A DNA stretch of 64,000 nt from Lama glama (lineage: Eukaryota): the NCBI GenBank assembly GCA_028534125.1, contig CM052817.1, positions 3,040,001-3,104,000 of the forward strand, read 5' to 3'. Both the position numbers and the translations under genes were made by a program. This document shows positions 12,365 through 25,300 of this stretch, one piece after another. Each line of letters opens with the position of its first letter. Position 1 is the first letter of the stretch. The notes beneath the pieces were generated by a model, which ran no database searches, was not told the origin of the DNA, and worked only from the letters and a program-made list of their open reading frames with translations.

Positions 12365-12560
12365 TTTAATCGACGTATGGTTGGCTTACAATGTTGTGTT
12401 AGTTTCAGGTATGCAGAAAAGTGATTCAGTTACACACACACACACACACACACACACTTCTTTTTCATTACAGTGATTACAAGATGTTGAATGTAGTTCC
12501 CTGTGCTCCGCAGTAGGACCTTGTTGTTTATCTGTTTTATATACAGTAGCATGTATCTCT
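12365..12560 (-). mobile_element. Cetartiodactyl L1 3' end (L1_Art-like) containing a (CA)n microsatellite at about 12432-12457
   Basis: ttacaatgttgtgttagtttcaggt...tccctgtgct...cagtaggaccttgttgtttatctgttttat; near copy of the element at 41759-42330. Confidence 0.75.
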
Positions 12561-14317
12561 TAGCAGGTGTGCAGACTCGGCTGGTGGCACTCTTGTCAGC
12601 CCCGTGGAGAGGAGCCCCTTGACCACAAACGTTTAGCATTTTGGACACCAGTCAGGGCATTTTACAGATGCGAAGGACATCCATCAGTTCAGTGAGTCAG
12701 TGAAGGTGGATTGAAGACAGCTCCACTGTGCTTTCTTAGTTTTTCAGTGAGTTCGTTATTCAGCAAGGAGGCCCGTCATTCAGTACCTTGTCTGCCTTTG
12801 GTGAGTGGGCCTTTGTCCAGGTGGTCATTTGCTGTTGGCATGTTGACCTTCAGGAGAATTAGCTAATAGCAGAGTGAGGATGGGGAGGGTCAGAGGCTGT
12901 TCCTGGTGGAGGGCTCACCACAAGTGAAGGCACAGGCCTGAGAAAGACCCGATGGAGTGGAGGAGAGCAGTGCCCTCCGGGTGGCTGGCCACGCGCAGTG
13001 GGTGGGTGGGTCGTCTGCAGGTGAGGCTGGGACACCCTGCGGGGGTTAAACCACAAGGGGCCTGTGGGCCCTCAGAGCAGTTCGGGATGATTGTCAGGGC
13101 AGTTCTGAGGGGCAGAGGATTTGTTTTTGGTGTAAGATGTAGGGTACTCCAACCAGGTATTATTTCTCATAAATGTGAACCACCATTGCAGTTTTAACTC
13201 TTTTATTGACGGCACGTATTGAGTGAATACTCCGTTTGTCACAGCTGGGTGTGTCAGCATCTCAGAAGTGACTGCTCTTCCACCTTTTTATCCCTTTTAG
13301 GGCTGAGCAGTGCTTCGTACAGTTATTATTAACCATCCCTTGACATCCCTTTTTTTCTGGTGTGTCTCTAAAGTTATGCATCTGGTGTAACCGAAGCCTT
13401 TATACCTGTCGGTCGGCAGTGCCTCGTTTTGACAATCTCTTAAACTAAACATTGACCTTTTGAAGGTGGCGTCTGTTCCTCTGCTTGTTTGCTCTTCACG
13501 CTGCCTCACAGAAAGTGCCGACGACCACGCGAGAAGTCAGTCTTGTAATATGGAAGGCGCTTCTGTACGCGAAGGGGGTAGTGAACGTTCCTGTTTTGCC
13601 CTTGGAGTCCAGGTGGCGGCGGCCCGGGGTCTGGGTGCACGCTGCGCAGAATCCAGCACTTCCTTTCACGTCCGAAAGCGCGGGGTGGCATGCGGCACGG
13701 TCACAGCCCCGTCAGTGCCCTCGCTTTCCGGGGAGACTGGAGTGGGCCCAAACATGCGTGTGCATAATGAAAGCATTTCTGGGAAGGACTGTGCTTTTCG
13801 GCAGATTTCTGTTTCTGTCTCATAGGAGAGCTGTGCGGCTCTCAGAGGGATGGCGCTTGGTATGCGGCAAGTGCTGAGAGAGCATTTGCAGAGGCGGCTG
13901 GTTCATCCGGAAATGGGTCCCATCTGTGTTGACGTTGGCCGCCCCGCCGCCCCCCCCCCCCCCAGCAGCCGCCTCACCAGCCGGGTCTGATGGAGACAGT
14001 TGGTGACTGTGCTGCTGTTCCTCCCCTCCTCCGCTTCAGAGCTACCATGAGTCTAGGCTAGGGAGCTCTCGGGCCTTCCTGGCCAAGAGAAAAGAGCCAG
14101 GTATAGACTCCTTTGTGGGCTCTATACCATTTGCATGATACGCAATCAAGGCCCTTTCTAGAAATATTTTTATTTGGTCATTTATATGGCGGGGGGTCCC
14201 ATCATGTCTAGATGGGGTAGAGGACAGCAGTCTCAGTCTCTGAGACTTTAAGGCCAGACCTTATGTAAATGTGATGCCTTATTATGCCAACAGACAACAG
14301 CAAGGTTGGTTTTTATC

Positions 14318-14530
14318 CTGGTAAAATATACATAACATAACCTTTGCATTTTAACCATTTTTAAGTTTCCACTTTAGTGGCATAAAGTACACGCACAGTG
14401 TGTGTGACCATCGCCACGATCCATCTCCAGAACTTGTCATCTTTCCAGACTGAAACTCTGCCCCCAGTAAACAGCAACTCCCCCCCAGCCCCCAGCCCCT
14501 GGGAACCACCATGTCACTTCCTGTCTCTAT
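14318..14530 (-). mobile_element. L1MB-like 3' end fragment
   Basis: aaaatatacataacataa...ttttaaccatttttaag...ccatctccagaac...ctgaaactctg. Confidence 0.75.
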
Positions 14531-16972
14531 GAAACAGTGACGTTTTGGTCCCAGCCCTTTCCACCTTGCCCGCTGATCACATTTTATCCTTCCTAAAGTG
14601 CTTTCACAGCCACTTCAGTATCTCTGTTTGACAGATGGGATTATGAGATTCTTTGAGATTACGTGACAAAATTAGGTATTTTACGAGTTGCAGAGTTGAG
14701 ACTAAAGCCGTGATTTCAACAACAGAACCACTTATTTCCCAGTGAAATCTGATGTGATTCTTTTAGTGGACATGAACCATCTTGTTCCTTTTTTCCTTGT
14801 CTTTGGAAAATCTTGGAGTTTAGTGTCATGGGTCACTCCTGTGGTAGCTTTATATGGAATTTTTTCCATGTCCTGTTGGCCCTGCTGTCAGCCTGTTTTG
14901 CCTCTCCTGTGGAAGCCCACCTCCTGGTAGGGAAGGAAGAGAAGAGGCCACGGCCCCTCGGACCCTCATTCTTGGTCGTGTATAAATAAAACTTGAGAAA
15001 ACTTCAGAAAATATGTGTGAATAATTTCCCAGTGTTTACTCAAGTGCTGTGTGGAATGCAAATTAAATAGTGATCAGAATGAAATGGGGTGCCATTTGGA
15101 CAAAAACTTATTTTGCCAAGAAGAGCACCTGCTCAAAACCCTTGATGTTGGGACTGAAACCATTTGTGCAGTTGAGACTATCAACGTTTTTGTTTTGCTG
15201 AAAATTCCTTCATTCCAGCCCTCAGTCCCCTCAGCAGCGCGGGCACCTTCCTAAGGGCTGGCCCGCAGCACCGAGAGTTTAGAGTACACTGTAGAGTGCT
15301 GCTCCCAGCTTCCTGTCAGTGGAATAGGGTTTGCTGATACGTGGCAGGACAGGACACGAACCCTCACTGCCTTAAGTCAGATCATATCATTTTTGGCTGC
15401 TACTCTTAACAGATTTGAATCACTGTACCTAGAAAGGCAGGACCTGGATGTGCCATGGTGTATAGATAATTAAAGTCAGAAAGTGATTCCACTTTCTAAG
15501 CTGGTATTTTTCTCTGCTGAAATCAGGTCTCATAGTTTATTGGTGTTTCTAGTGCAAAAGACCGAGTGATAAATTGGGGCCGGAGGAGCGGAAGCCGGCC
15601 TGTGAAAGGGCGTGTGAAGGGGCCGAAGGGATTTCGTCTCAGAACAGGGATGGGGGCGCAGGGAAACAACTGCCTTCAAGTGTGTGAAGGGACATTGTGC
15701 AGATGCTCTTGAGTAAACCGTCTTTCTCATCGGGCGAGAGGAAGGAGTGGGTTGAATGCACAGCGGTGATGAGTCACTCACAAAAGACTTCTTGGATTCA
15801 GACTTGAGTTACGTGAAACGTGGTGGTTTCACATTCTGTGATTTCTTGGGAGCAGTGTTCTGCTTGGAAACTGAACTCAGTGGATCTTCCGTTTGAGGCC
15901 TCTGTGCACTAGTTCCGAGAGAGGAAGAGAGTGAGAAGAGGGGATATGGATATGAAAGAGGTCTGTAATGGGCAGACCTGGTGCTTGAAAACCCCAGCTG
16001 TTGACGAGCGCCTGGTGTTGAGCAGGCTGTTTCAGACGCTGAGCCTCACCATCTGTGTCTGTAAAACATAAGGTGATGGAACAGCCACCTGAAGGACCCC
16101 CGAGGGACTGACCGATGTAACTTGTAGCCAGTGCAGAGGCGCTTAGGACAGAGCCAGGCAGGTGTCGGTTTTCCTGCCCCTCAGCTGTTTTTGTTGGCGT
16201 GAGGACCAGTGAGTGATGTCACCAGCAGACCTGTAAGTGTCCTTGGGAAGAAGAGGTGGGTCTGCCCTAAGTCATCAGGAGCGTTTGAGAGCGCAGTGCT
16301 TCAGCGGGGCGGGCTAGAGTTTGGATGGTCCTGAGCTGCGGCTCCAACGTGTTCTGAGGTTACGGCTTCAAAGCCAGCTGCCTCGTCTCAGAGCTCGTCA
16401 AGGAATTGTGGCAGGATCGCACTGAGTAACGAGCAGATTCCTTCTCCGGAGAGTCATTTCCAGTCTCTTTCAGAGGTTGGCTCATAGGTGACTTCTTTTT
16501 CTCTCTTTTTTAAAAAGTTTCCCTGGCACACAGGAGGGGGTTGCTGAGACTGTGGGCAGACACGCTCGTGTATTCAGTCCCTGTGGAACTAGAGCCCCCT
16601 CTGTGATGAGCGCGGGCAGATCTGAGCTGGCCCTGCGCCCGGAGGTCCCCACTGCGGGGGTGTGGGCCGGGGAGAAGGCCGGCTTGGAGATGCGGGAGGT
16701 CAGGGTGTGGGCGCGGGGTCTGTGAGGGCGAGCGTGCCGCCGCCCCTGCCTGGGGCTCACGGGAGATGCCGTCCGCCAGTGCGTGACAAGGACTGAGTGG
16801 CGAGTGGCCGGGCCGGGCTGAGGGTCGGGGGCCGCGGCGGGCAGCAGGGATCCAGCCGGGAGCTGAGCTTCGGAACGTCTTCGTAGGATAGTGTTCTTTT
16901 TCTCCAGAGACTTCACAAAGAGGAGGATGCCAGTTGACATCTGTGGGGTGAAAATACGGAATTTTCTTCTAA

Positions 16973-17248
<276 letters not shown>

Positions 17249-18964
17249 TGAACTTGAAGAGGGAAGTACTTTGAAACATCTAAGGTGTCTTCCAAGTCCC
17301 TTTAGTGATTCAGGTTGTTGTCTTTCTTGTGACTCAAGATGAGCGAGATCTCGTTGCTATGGGAACACATATCAGCCACTGAAATGTGTTCCCTTTGGCC
17401 AAAAAGGAATGAGTTTTTGAGGTATGTTTTCATGGGGTCCTCCCGCCGACTGGGCACGTCCCCCCAGGCTGCGTCATGGTGCCACGACGCGGATATGTGT
17501 CTGCAAGTAAGTACAGAATGTGTGGGCATCTCAGGCAGAGCCCTTCGGCCCTTCCCCCCTTCCGTTCTCCGCCCTTCCTCCTTTCTCTCTCTCCCTGTCT
17601 CTCTCTTCCTTCCTTTCCTTCCCTTCCCTCTAAGTTAGAGCGACCCTCAGGAGCGCCCCTTTGTGGGCAGCGGGCTTTCGTGTTCGTGCACAGAAGGATG
17701 CGCTGGCGTCGAGCACCTTCCTGTAACTGTCTCTGGCGTCTGCCTTTAGACCTTGGGCTTTGTTCCCCCCCAGGGCTGGCAGGCAGCGCGCTCGTCTCAC
17801 GTGGGGTGGCAGTTGTGTTGGCCGAGGTAGGCCCACTTGCTCTCCTGGTGAAAGATGAGTAACGTGGGGGTGAAGGTGTGCTCTGCTGTCCGGGGACGGG
17901 CTTCCCGTGCGTTCACGTTTCCCAGCCCCCCACCCCACTTCCTCCGTCGCTTACAGAGCCGCCCTCCTTCACCTTCAGGTCTTAACGTCACCTGAAGTCT
18001 CTGCTTCACACAGACTTGGACTTTTCTGATCTTTCTCTCTGCTGCCAGTAAACAGGCAGAGCCATTTCAGCAAAGCGGAATCTAACTCAGTTGTTACAGG
18101 AAATCCCCGCCCCGGGATGTTTTCTGGACCTGAAGACGGACAGACAGAAGCCAGGGAGCTGGACCATAGGCCCTGGCAATCCAGGGCCTTCCTGGCACAT
18201 TCTTGCCCGTTTTCTGAATTTTCTCCGGAACAGTCCAGTGCAGACTGAGCCCGATACCCATAGATATTTGTGCTCTGAATGAGAGAAAGGCCAGGTCTGA
18301 TGAGAAGATTATGAAATACTGAGTTTTGAGATCTGTATGTTAACTATTTTATTTTCTTTCATTTTAGAACTATTTGGGAGAAATGCATTCAGGTGATTTC
18401 TAAGTATCCACTATTTCAGAAGACAGTAAATGAATTAGAAAACACAAAAAATTAAATGGTTTGATATAATTCAAAACTTAATTGGGTTCCTTTCTTTCTG
18501 ATAACAATGAATAAAGAAAAAAGATTTCTGAGGCTGTTTCCCAGCGTTCGGAACCTTTGGTTCCGGCCTTCCCCTCCTTCCTTCCCCTCCCCCAACACAC
18601 TTTCAAGGCTAGAAACTGATAGTAGTTGTGTTTGACTTTGGGGGAGCCTTTCGCTCTTTTCAGTTGGCAGAGCCCCACATAGCATGTGTGTCATGTCTTG
18701 TTCTCCAGAGAAGCCCTTCCTCAGCTGCTGACAGGCGGGAACCTTTGGTTGAACTCATTCCAGAAGGAGGAGTAATCAGGGACTTGTGCTGGGAGACAGC
18801 GAGTCTGCAGTCGGGGCGCTTCCATCAAATGTCTGTGGTTGGACCTCCACTGTGGGTGAGGACCGCTCCACGAGAGGAACGGTGGTGCCCAGCTGAGTCC
18901 CAGGGCAGGCCAGGGTCACCCGCCTTCACTTACTGGTTGGCTTTGGGGCAGCTCCGTTGAGCCC

Positions 18965-20450
18965 CAGGTCAGGTGCAGTTTATCAGAGAAGCAGAACCAT
19001 CACAAGTGTCGTGGGTAACGAATGAGACCTGATGTGGTTGTGGGAACCAGCAAAACACCTGTGGAGTTGGCCGGCCATCGGCAAGGGAAGCTGGGCGAGG
19101 ACTAGGGGAGAGGAAGGATGATGGGAGCCCACCTGTCTCTCACTTCCTGACATGGAGGCCCAGAAGGAGAGGCTGGACAGCCTCCACAGAGCCGCACGCA
19201 CCTGGCCGGGCCCTGGAGGCGGAGCTGCGAGGAGAGCCCGTGGACCAGTGGCGGCTGAGCAAACAGTGGTGCCTGGCATCCTCGCCCACCTGCAGTGGGT
19301 CCCAGCAGCTGGTGGCCAGTCCTCACCCAGAGCCATCCAGGAATGGGAATTTGAGGGAAAGTGTTCCAGCCTGGCTAGGTAGGCGGCATAAAGGCACCAC
19401 CACTGACGTCGTGTCCATGGGCCTCCATACACACCTCTCTACCCACGCTGAACTTCCACATAAGACCACTTGTTTGCCTGTTGTCTCCACTTCCAGGTCA
19501 GTGTGTGTTTGGAGGAAACATTTGTCCTTAGGAAGTAAGATTCCATGTACAAGTGGTCCAGCGATGACCTGTTAGTAAGTGGCTGGCTGACACCGCAGGG
19601 GACAGCATCGTGTGCAGGTGGGACACTCAGAGGTGCCGGGGGCCTGGTTAACCTTCCTGAGTGGAACCCCATGTGCTGAGTTCCAGGCATAACCTCCATC
19701 CCTGCCACCATGCAACTTGTGTGTGAGTTCCACTCAGACCGGAATTCTGGCCAAAGAGGCTGACGGATGTCTGCATAATGGGTCGTGCTGTTACCTTATT
19801 GTGAAGATGGTCTTCTGCTGAGGTTGTCTCTGCCATGTATTCACCTGATACACAGATCCTCCTGCTCTGAGCCCACTTGTGGAGGTCCATTCTCAGCCTC
19901 TTCTGCAGATTCCTTGCTACCAGTTCTTCTCAAGTCTTGACCGTCCGAGCAAACCACTGGGCCATACTCAAGAGTCGGTGTTGAGAGGAGGAGGCAGCGT
20001 GGACGGAATAGGGGCCACGGGCCACCAAGCTACTTGCTTGTGCTCCTTTCTTAGTTCCGCTGGGCCTGATGGAGCCTGAGGGAGATGCAGACTGATGTGA
20101 TGGCCGAGTGCCCCTTGGTGGGTTCGATGACCTGGAGTCCACGTTGGGCAGCTCAGATCAAGCGTTTAGGGCATCAGTGAGCCAAGAGCCATTTCTCAGA
20201 AATAATAGTTCTCATCAGAGGTTGACGTAGCTGTGCCCCAAAATCCTAAGGGTCTGCTCTGAGCAGCCTCTATAAGAGCTGGCTGAAGGCTTCCATTACT
20301 AATTTCTGTAACAGGCTTTGATCAGACAAGCAGAGCCACCATGAGGTCGAACAGACGATTTACTTTGACGATTAGACCTCACAGAGTTATGCGAGCTGTT
20401 GAAGGAGTCCAAGTCGGAAGGCCATGGCCCGAGCATCCGGTTGGAAGCAC
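18965..20450 (-). mobile_element. Degenerate ERVL-class element: internal pol remnants plus a probable LTR at the left end
   Basis: Minus-strand translation gives RPLGFWG (20235-20255), MDLHKWAQ..TSAED..HNKV (19890 downward) and HGGRDGGYAW (19683-19712), recognisable ERVL RNase H/integrase motifs; frameshifted and deleted. Confidence 0.75.
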
Positions 20451-21859
20451 AGTCTGGAAGGAGAGCTGGACTTGGAGTGGAGGGGACATGGCCGCGCCGA
20501 GCTCTGCAGGACCTGCTGCGGCCCACCTGTCCCCGACCCCCTCCTGACTGCGGCACAGGTGCCTGGCAGAGGAGCTGGTGCCTTGGCGATGGAGTTGTGT
20601 GCGCCCCCGTCCAGGATCTGGGCTGCCAGAGGTCGGGAACTCCGAGTCCCATCGCTGCCCTAGGCAAACAGGGCTGCCCGACAGGTCCACAGCGCCTGGG
20701 GCCTGCACTGACCTTCAGGGTATACTTCCCTCCTCCCGCATCGCTCACGGACTTCTCTGTGGCTGCCCCGACCCAGAGCGCGCGGGGAGGGGATTCTGGG
20801 GGGTGTGCGCCGTCACTGCAGACCTTGCAGGGGTTTGGGGCTCAGATTTATATTTCATTTTATTTTCCATTATCTCTTCCCGCTCACCCTCTCTCCGCTC
20901 TCCCTCCTCAAGGGCGGCTGGTTGAAATGCCATTTCTGGTTTCATGGGGTATGAGTATACGTCTAAAAATTGCATTTTATAGTTAAAAATAATAGAGTAT
21001 GAGTGTGTTCCTTAGGTCCATCGAACTGCACTGCGATAGCAGTTTCTGCCCAAGAAAAGCACTTCCTCGCGAGCACCGTCGCGTAAACGTGAAGACCCGC
21101 ACAGCCCTCTCGCTGGCCCTCGGGTCTGCCTCCTCGTTGGTACGGAGTGCAGACGTCGACAGGGACGCCAGGACATGCCGGGGCTGATGGTTTCTCGCTG
21201 ACGCCCTCCTGACTCTGCCCCCAGACGAAACCCTCCACCATCTCTGAGAGCACCTGCTCCTCCCACTGCCAGGTCTGCAAGCTGCCGCCGCTCTGCTCTC
21301 CCCACGTGCTGCGTCTTTCTTAATTTTTCACAGAGCCCTCATTACCTCCTAACATCACCCAAATCCCAGCCCCAGACAGTGAACTCTTTGATGTCCTGCC
21401 ACAGCCCCGGGAAGCCCCTGAGCTCTGCTGAGTAACCCCCGGAGAGACTTGCCAGGGAGCCGGTTGTCCTGGAGGCTCAGAGTTACTCCCGAAGGCTCGG
21501 TTTCCTGCTGAGTCAACCGATGTTCTTCTAAAAATGAGTCTGTCAGGCCTGTTCTCCCAGAAGAAGGCGGGACGTGAACTTACTGTCTGTTTCAGCCGTG
21601 GGCCTCAATCCGTTCCCCCGAGGAAAAGGGCAGCTGGGGCCCAGTCTACTTTTTTCGGTTTAAAATCAGGGTTCGGCTTTGTCGTTCACCAGGATGTGGT
21701 CTCGGGTGAGCCGCCTGGTCTCTCAGCATCATTCTTCGTCTCCTCCAAGGTGAAGACACTGCCTGCGCCCCGCTCCGGGCGGCTGCAGGGCCGGCGGGGC
21801 AGTGTGTGTGAGCGCACAGCGGGCCTCCTCTTTTCCCGGCTTCACCCCCGGATCCAGAC

Positions 21860-21930
21860 GCACAGAGATCAGTATAAAAATACTGCCTGGCACGTTGAAA
21901 GCACTCGTAAACATTGTTGAATGAATGAAA
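21860..21930 (+). mobile_element. L2 3' end
   Basis: tgcctggcacg...gcactcgtaaacattgttgaatgaatgaa is the L2 terminal motif. Confidence 0.65.
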
Positions 21931-22624
21931 TCAAATTTCCCCGCTTATAACTGATTTGTTCATTAGTTCTTCTATTTGTTCATTAAATGTTTCCTGAGTT
22001 TGATGTCCTAGAAAATGAGCTGAGCACTGAGGGGTTCGTGGTCCCCCAAGCTACTGTGAACTTAATCTTTCCAAGAGAAAGCAGGACTTTGTCTGGAATC
22101 TCTCAGCGTGCCTCGGACCTCGGGCAGCGCGGGGTCTCTCACTTCCATGCCTTCTTCCCCGTACGCTGCGCTCTAGCCACGCTGGACTCAAAAAAAGACC
22201 TTTCATTATAATATATACTTCACAAAAAGCACATAAAGTATGAATGTACACTTAATGACTGACCATAAAGTGAAACGTGTGGAACCACCGCCAAGTCCAG
22301 AACAGAACGTTGCCAGCCCTGGAAGCCCCCCGGGGCCCTGGCCCACCGCACCCCCTCCCCACAAAGGTAGCTCCTAAGTTGGCCTCTGTGGCGACGGCAG
22401 AAATACGACTGAGAGGTGGCAGGCTCCACGCTGTTGTTTGTGAAATGCTTGATGTCTTTGGTGCTTGTACAAATGGTGTTCCTTCTTCTAGGCTCTTCTG
22501 TCTGGTTGGCAGTGGAGGTCAGCGGTTTTCTCTGATCCTCTCTGTGTCCCACACGTGCCACTGCCCTCAGCCCGTCTCTCCCACAGCATCTGTGTCTCCA
22601 CACCGCGCGCGTCTCAGCCTCCTC

Positions 22625-22800
22625 CAGCACCGCCCAGTGGGCCTCCCGCGATGATGGAAATGTTCCCCTCCGTGCCGGCCAGTGCGGCGGCCCCTTAGCC
22701 TCCAGTGACTTGGAAAACTTGAAGCGTGCTTGGTGCGGCTGAGGGGCTGAATGTTACTCTTGTTTAAGTGTAATTGGGATTTGAATTTAGAGGCCACCAT
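22625..22800 (+). mobile_element. MER3-like hAT MITE, GC-shifted
   Basis: gcgatgatggaaatgttc...ctgaggggctgaatgtt...tttgaatttagaggccac. Confidence 0.65.
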
Positions 22801-23810
22801 GTTAAATGGGGGTGTTGGGGAGATGTAGATGCCGGCAGGGGCAGGGGTGTGAGTGGGGGTGGGGGGAGGTGCGGGGACGATGCGGGGAGAGGTCTGGCCC
22901 CAAGTGGAAGGGTCAGCTTTGCACAGCACAGGAGGAGACTCCGGACAGTTCTCTCTCACCCTCTCTCCACGCTGCCTGTGACCAAGAACCTTGACGCCAC
23001 GCACGTCGCCCCTCCTCACGCCCGCCTTGGCACAGCCTCAGCGTCCTTCCCGACATCACCGCAGGGCATCCTGACTGGTCCCTGTCTGTCCCCCAGCTCC
23101 AGCCCGTCCACGCTGTTGCTGAGGTTACCTCTTCAGTCGCCTTAGTCTCTTGCCTAAAACCCTTCCTTGACTTCTTTATCATGATTTACAGTTCCACCTA
23201 AGCTCCCTGTCTTTCTGTTCCCACCTTGATAAATAATTCTTTGCAAGGAAATTAAAATGCAAGCCTGACTTTAGAGCACAGATGTAATCCAGGTCCCAGG
23301 GAGTGAGCAGCAGGAGTTCTGTCCTGTGTCAGGTCCGCCCTCCCAGCCACTCCTGCCTCCGTGCCGCCATTCCCTCAGCCGCTTTCCCCCCGCCTCTGCC
23401 CTTCAGTCCTCACCTAGGTGTTCACTCCTCGATACATTACGAAGAGCAAATGTATCTCAGGTGTGCCAGGTCTTGAGAGGAGGGCGGAGAGGAGTCAGAC
23501 ACTGGCTCGAGGAGCTTATGATCCAGCAGGGCTGAGGTTAACAGTGTCACTGACAGTCGCTCTAACATGCCAACCATCCTTCTGAGAGCTCAGCAAGGAT
23601 GATGTAAGTTGGTCTGATGGCTCCCCGTCTGCAAGTCTTTGTTACTTGCCCCCTGCCAGGTACTTTAAGTGCTGGGACAGTCCCATCCAACAAGGAGGTC
23701 TCCCTTCCCACAGGGGACTCAGCCTGATGCGGGGCAAACAGAAGTGACAACACAGTGGGGTGCATTTTGTGTTGGGTAATGTGGAAGCAGAGAAGAGGGG
23801 CATGTCCCCT

Positions 23811-24150
23811 TGTGTCTTAGCCCGGCTGCCATAACAAAGCACCACAGACTGGGTTACAAGACAACAGACGTTTATTTTCTCACAGTCCAAGAGCAGCGCC
23901 CCAGCGCGGTCAGGTTGTGGTGAGGGCGCTCTTCTTGGCCTACAGACGGCCGCCTTCTCCCTGTGTCCTCATGTTGTGGGGACAGCACAAGACCTCCTCC
24001 TCTTCCTCTTCTGAGGCTGCCAGTCCTGCTGAGTGGGTTAGGACCCGCTCCCATAGCCTTGTTTCACCGTAATTACCTCCTCAAAGTCCTGTCTCCAAAT
24101 ACAGTCCCATGGGAGTAGAGCCTCGACACATGAATTTGGTGTGTAGGCAC
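23811..24150. mobile_element. MLT1A-like MaLR solo LTR
   Basis: tgtcttag...ggctgccataacaaagcaccacagactggg...ttatttctcacagt-like text...taattacctcctcaaag...ctccaaatacagtc. Confidence 0.8.
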
Positions 24151-24814
24151 CAGCTCTGGTGATTCAGGGGGGCTTGGTGGGGGAGGTGCCCTAAGTTAAA
24201 TCCTGAAATGTGAGGACACACATCCGGGCAGAGGCAGGAGACTGAGTGGGATGAGCAGGCAGCCTGCGTGAGAGCAGCGTGTGCAAAGCCCCAGGGTAAG
24301 AGGGAACGGGATCCAGACGACAGATAATCTAGTATTGAAGATTATTAGTACGACGCACTGCCGAGTGACAGGGGCAGGTGTAAGTGTCTGAAAGTCCAAG
24401 GATGACCTGAAGGAGGGGTGGCCTTGGGTTGGATCTTGACTCTTAGGAAGGGTCTGTGCGTGTGGTGATGCCAGCAGGGAGGGGGGCTTGCCGACTTGAG
24501 CAAACTTTGTGGGTGGGTGCTTCCTTTGGTGAAACTCGCTGCAGAGTGGGGGTCACACCGCCCAGCAAGACCTCGGCAAGGATTTAACAACATGGAGTCT
24601 GCAGCATACCAGGCCCATGTCCAGTGGTCCAGGAGTGGTTTCTGTAAATACAGACTTCTTAGTCACTTCAGCTTAAAACTTTTCATTGAATTTCCACTGT
24701 CCAAGTCTCAGTTACTTCCCCTGCTCTTGCTAATCAGCGTTTCCTGGTCCCCTCCTCATTCGCTCCTGTAATAGCGTGAGTCTGTGGGTTGTCTTCAGGA
24801 TAAGGGTGATGTAA

Positions 24815-25300
<486 letters not shown>

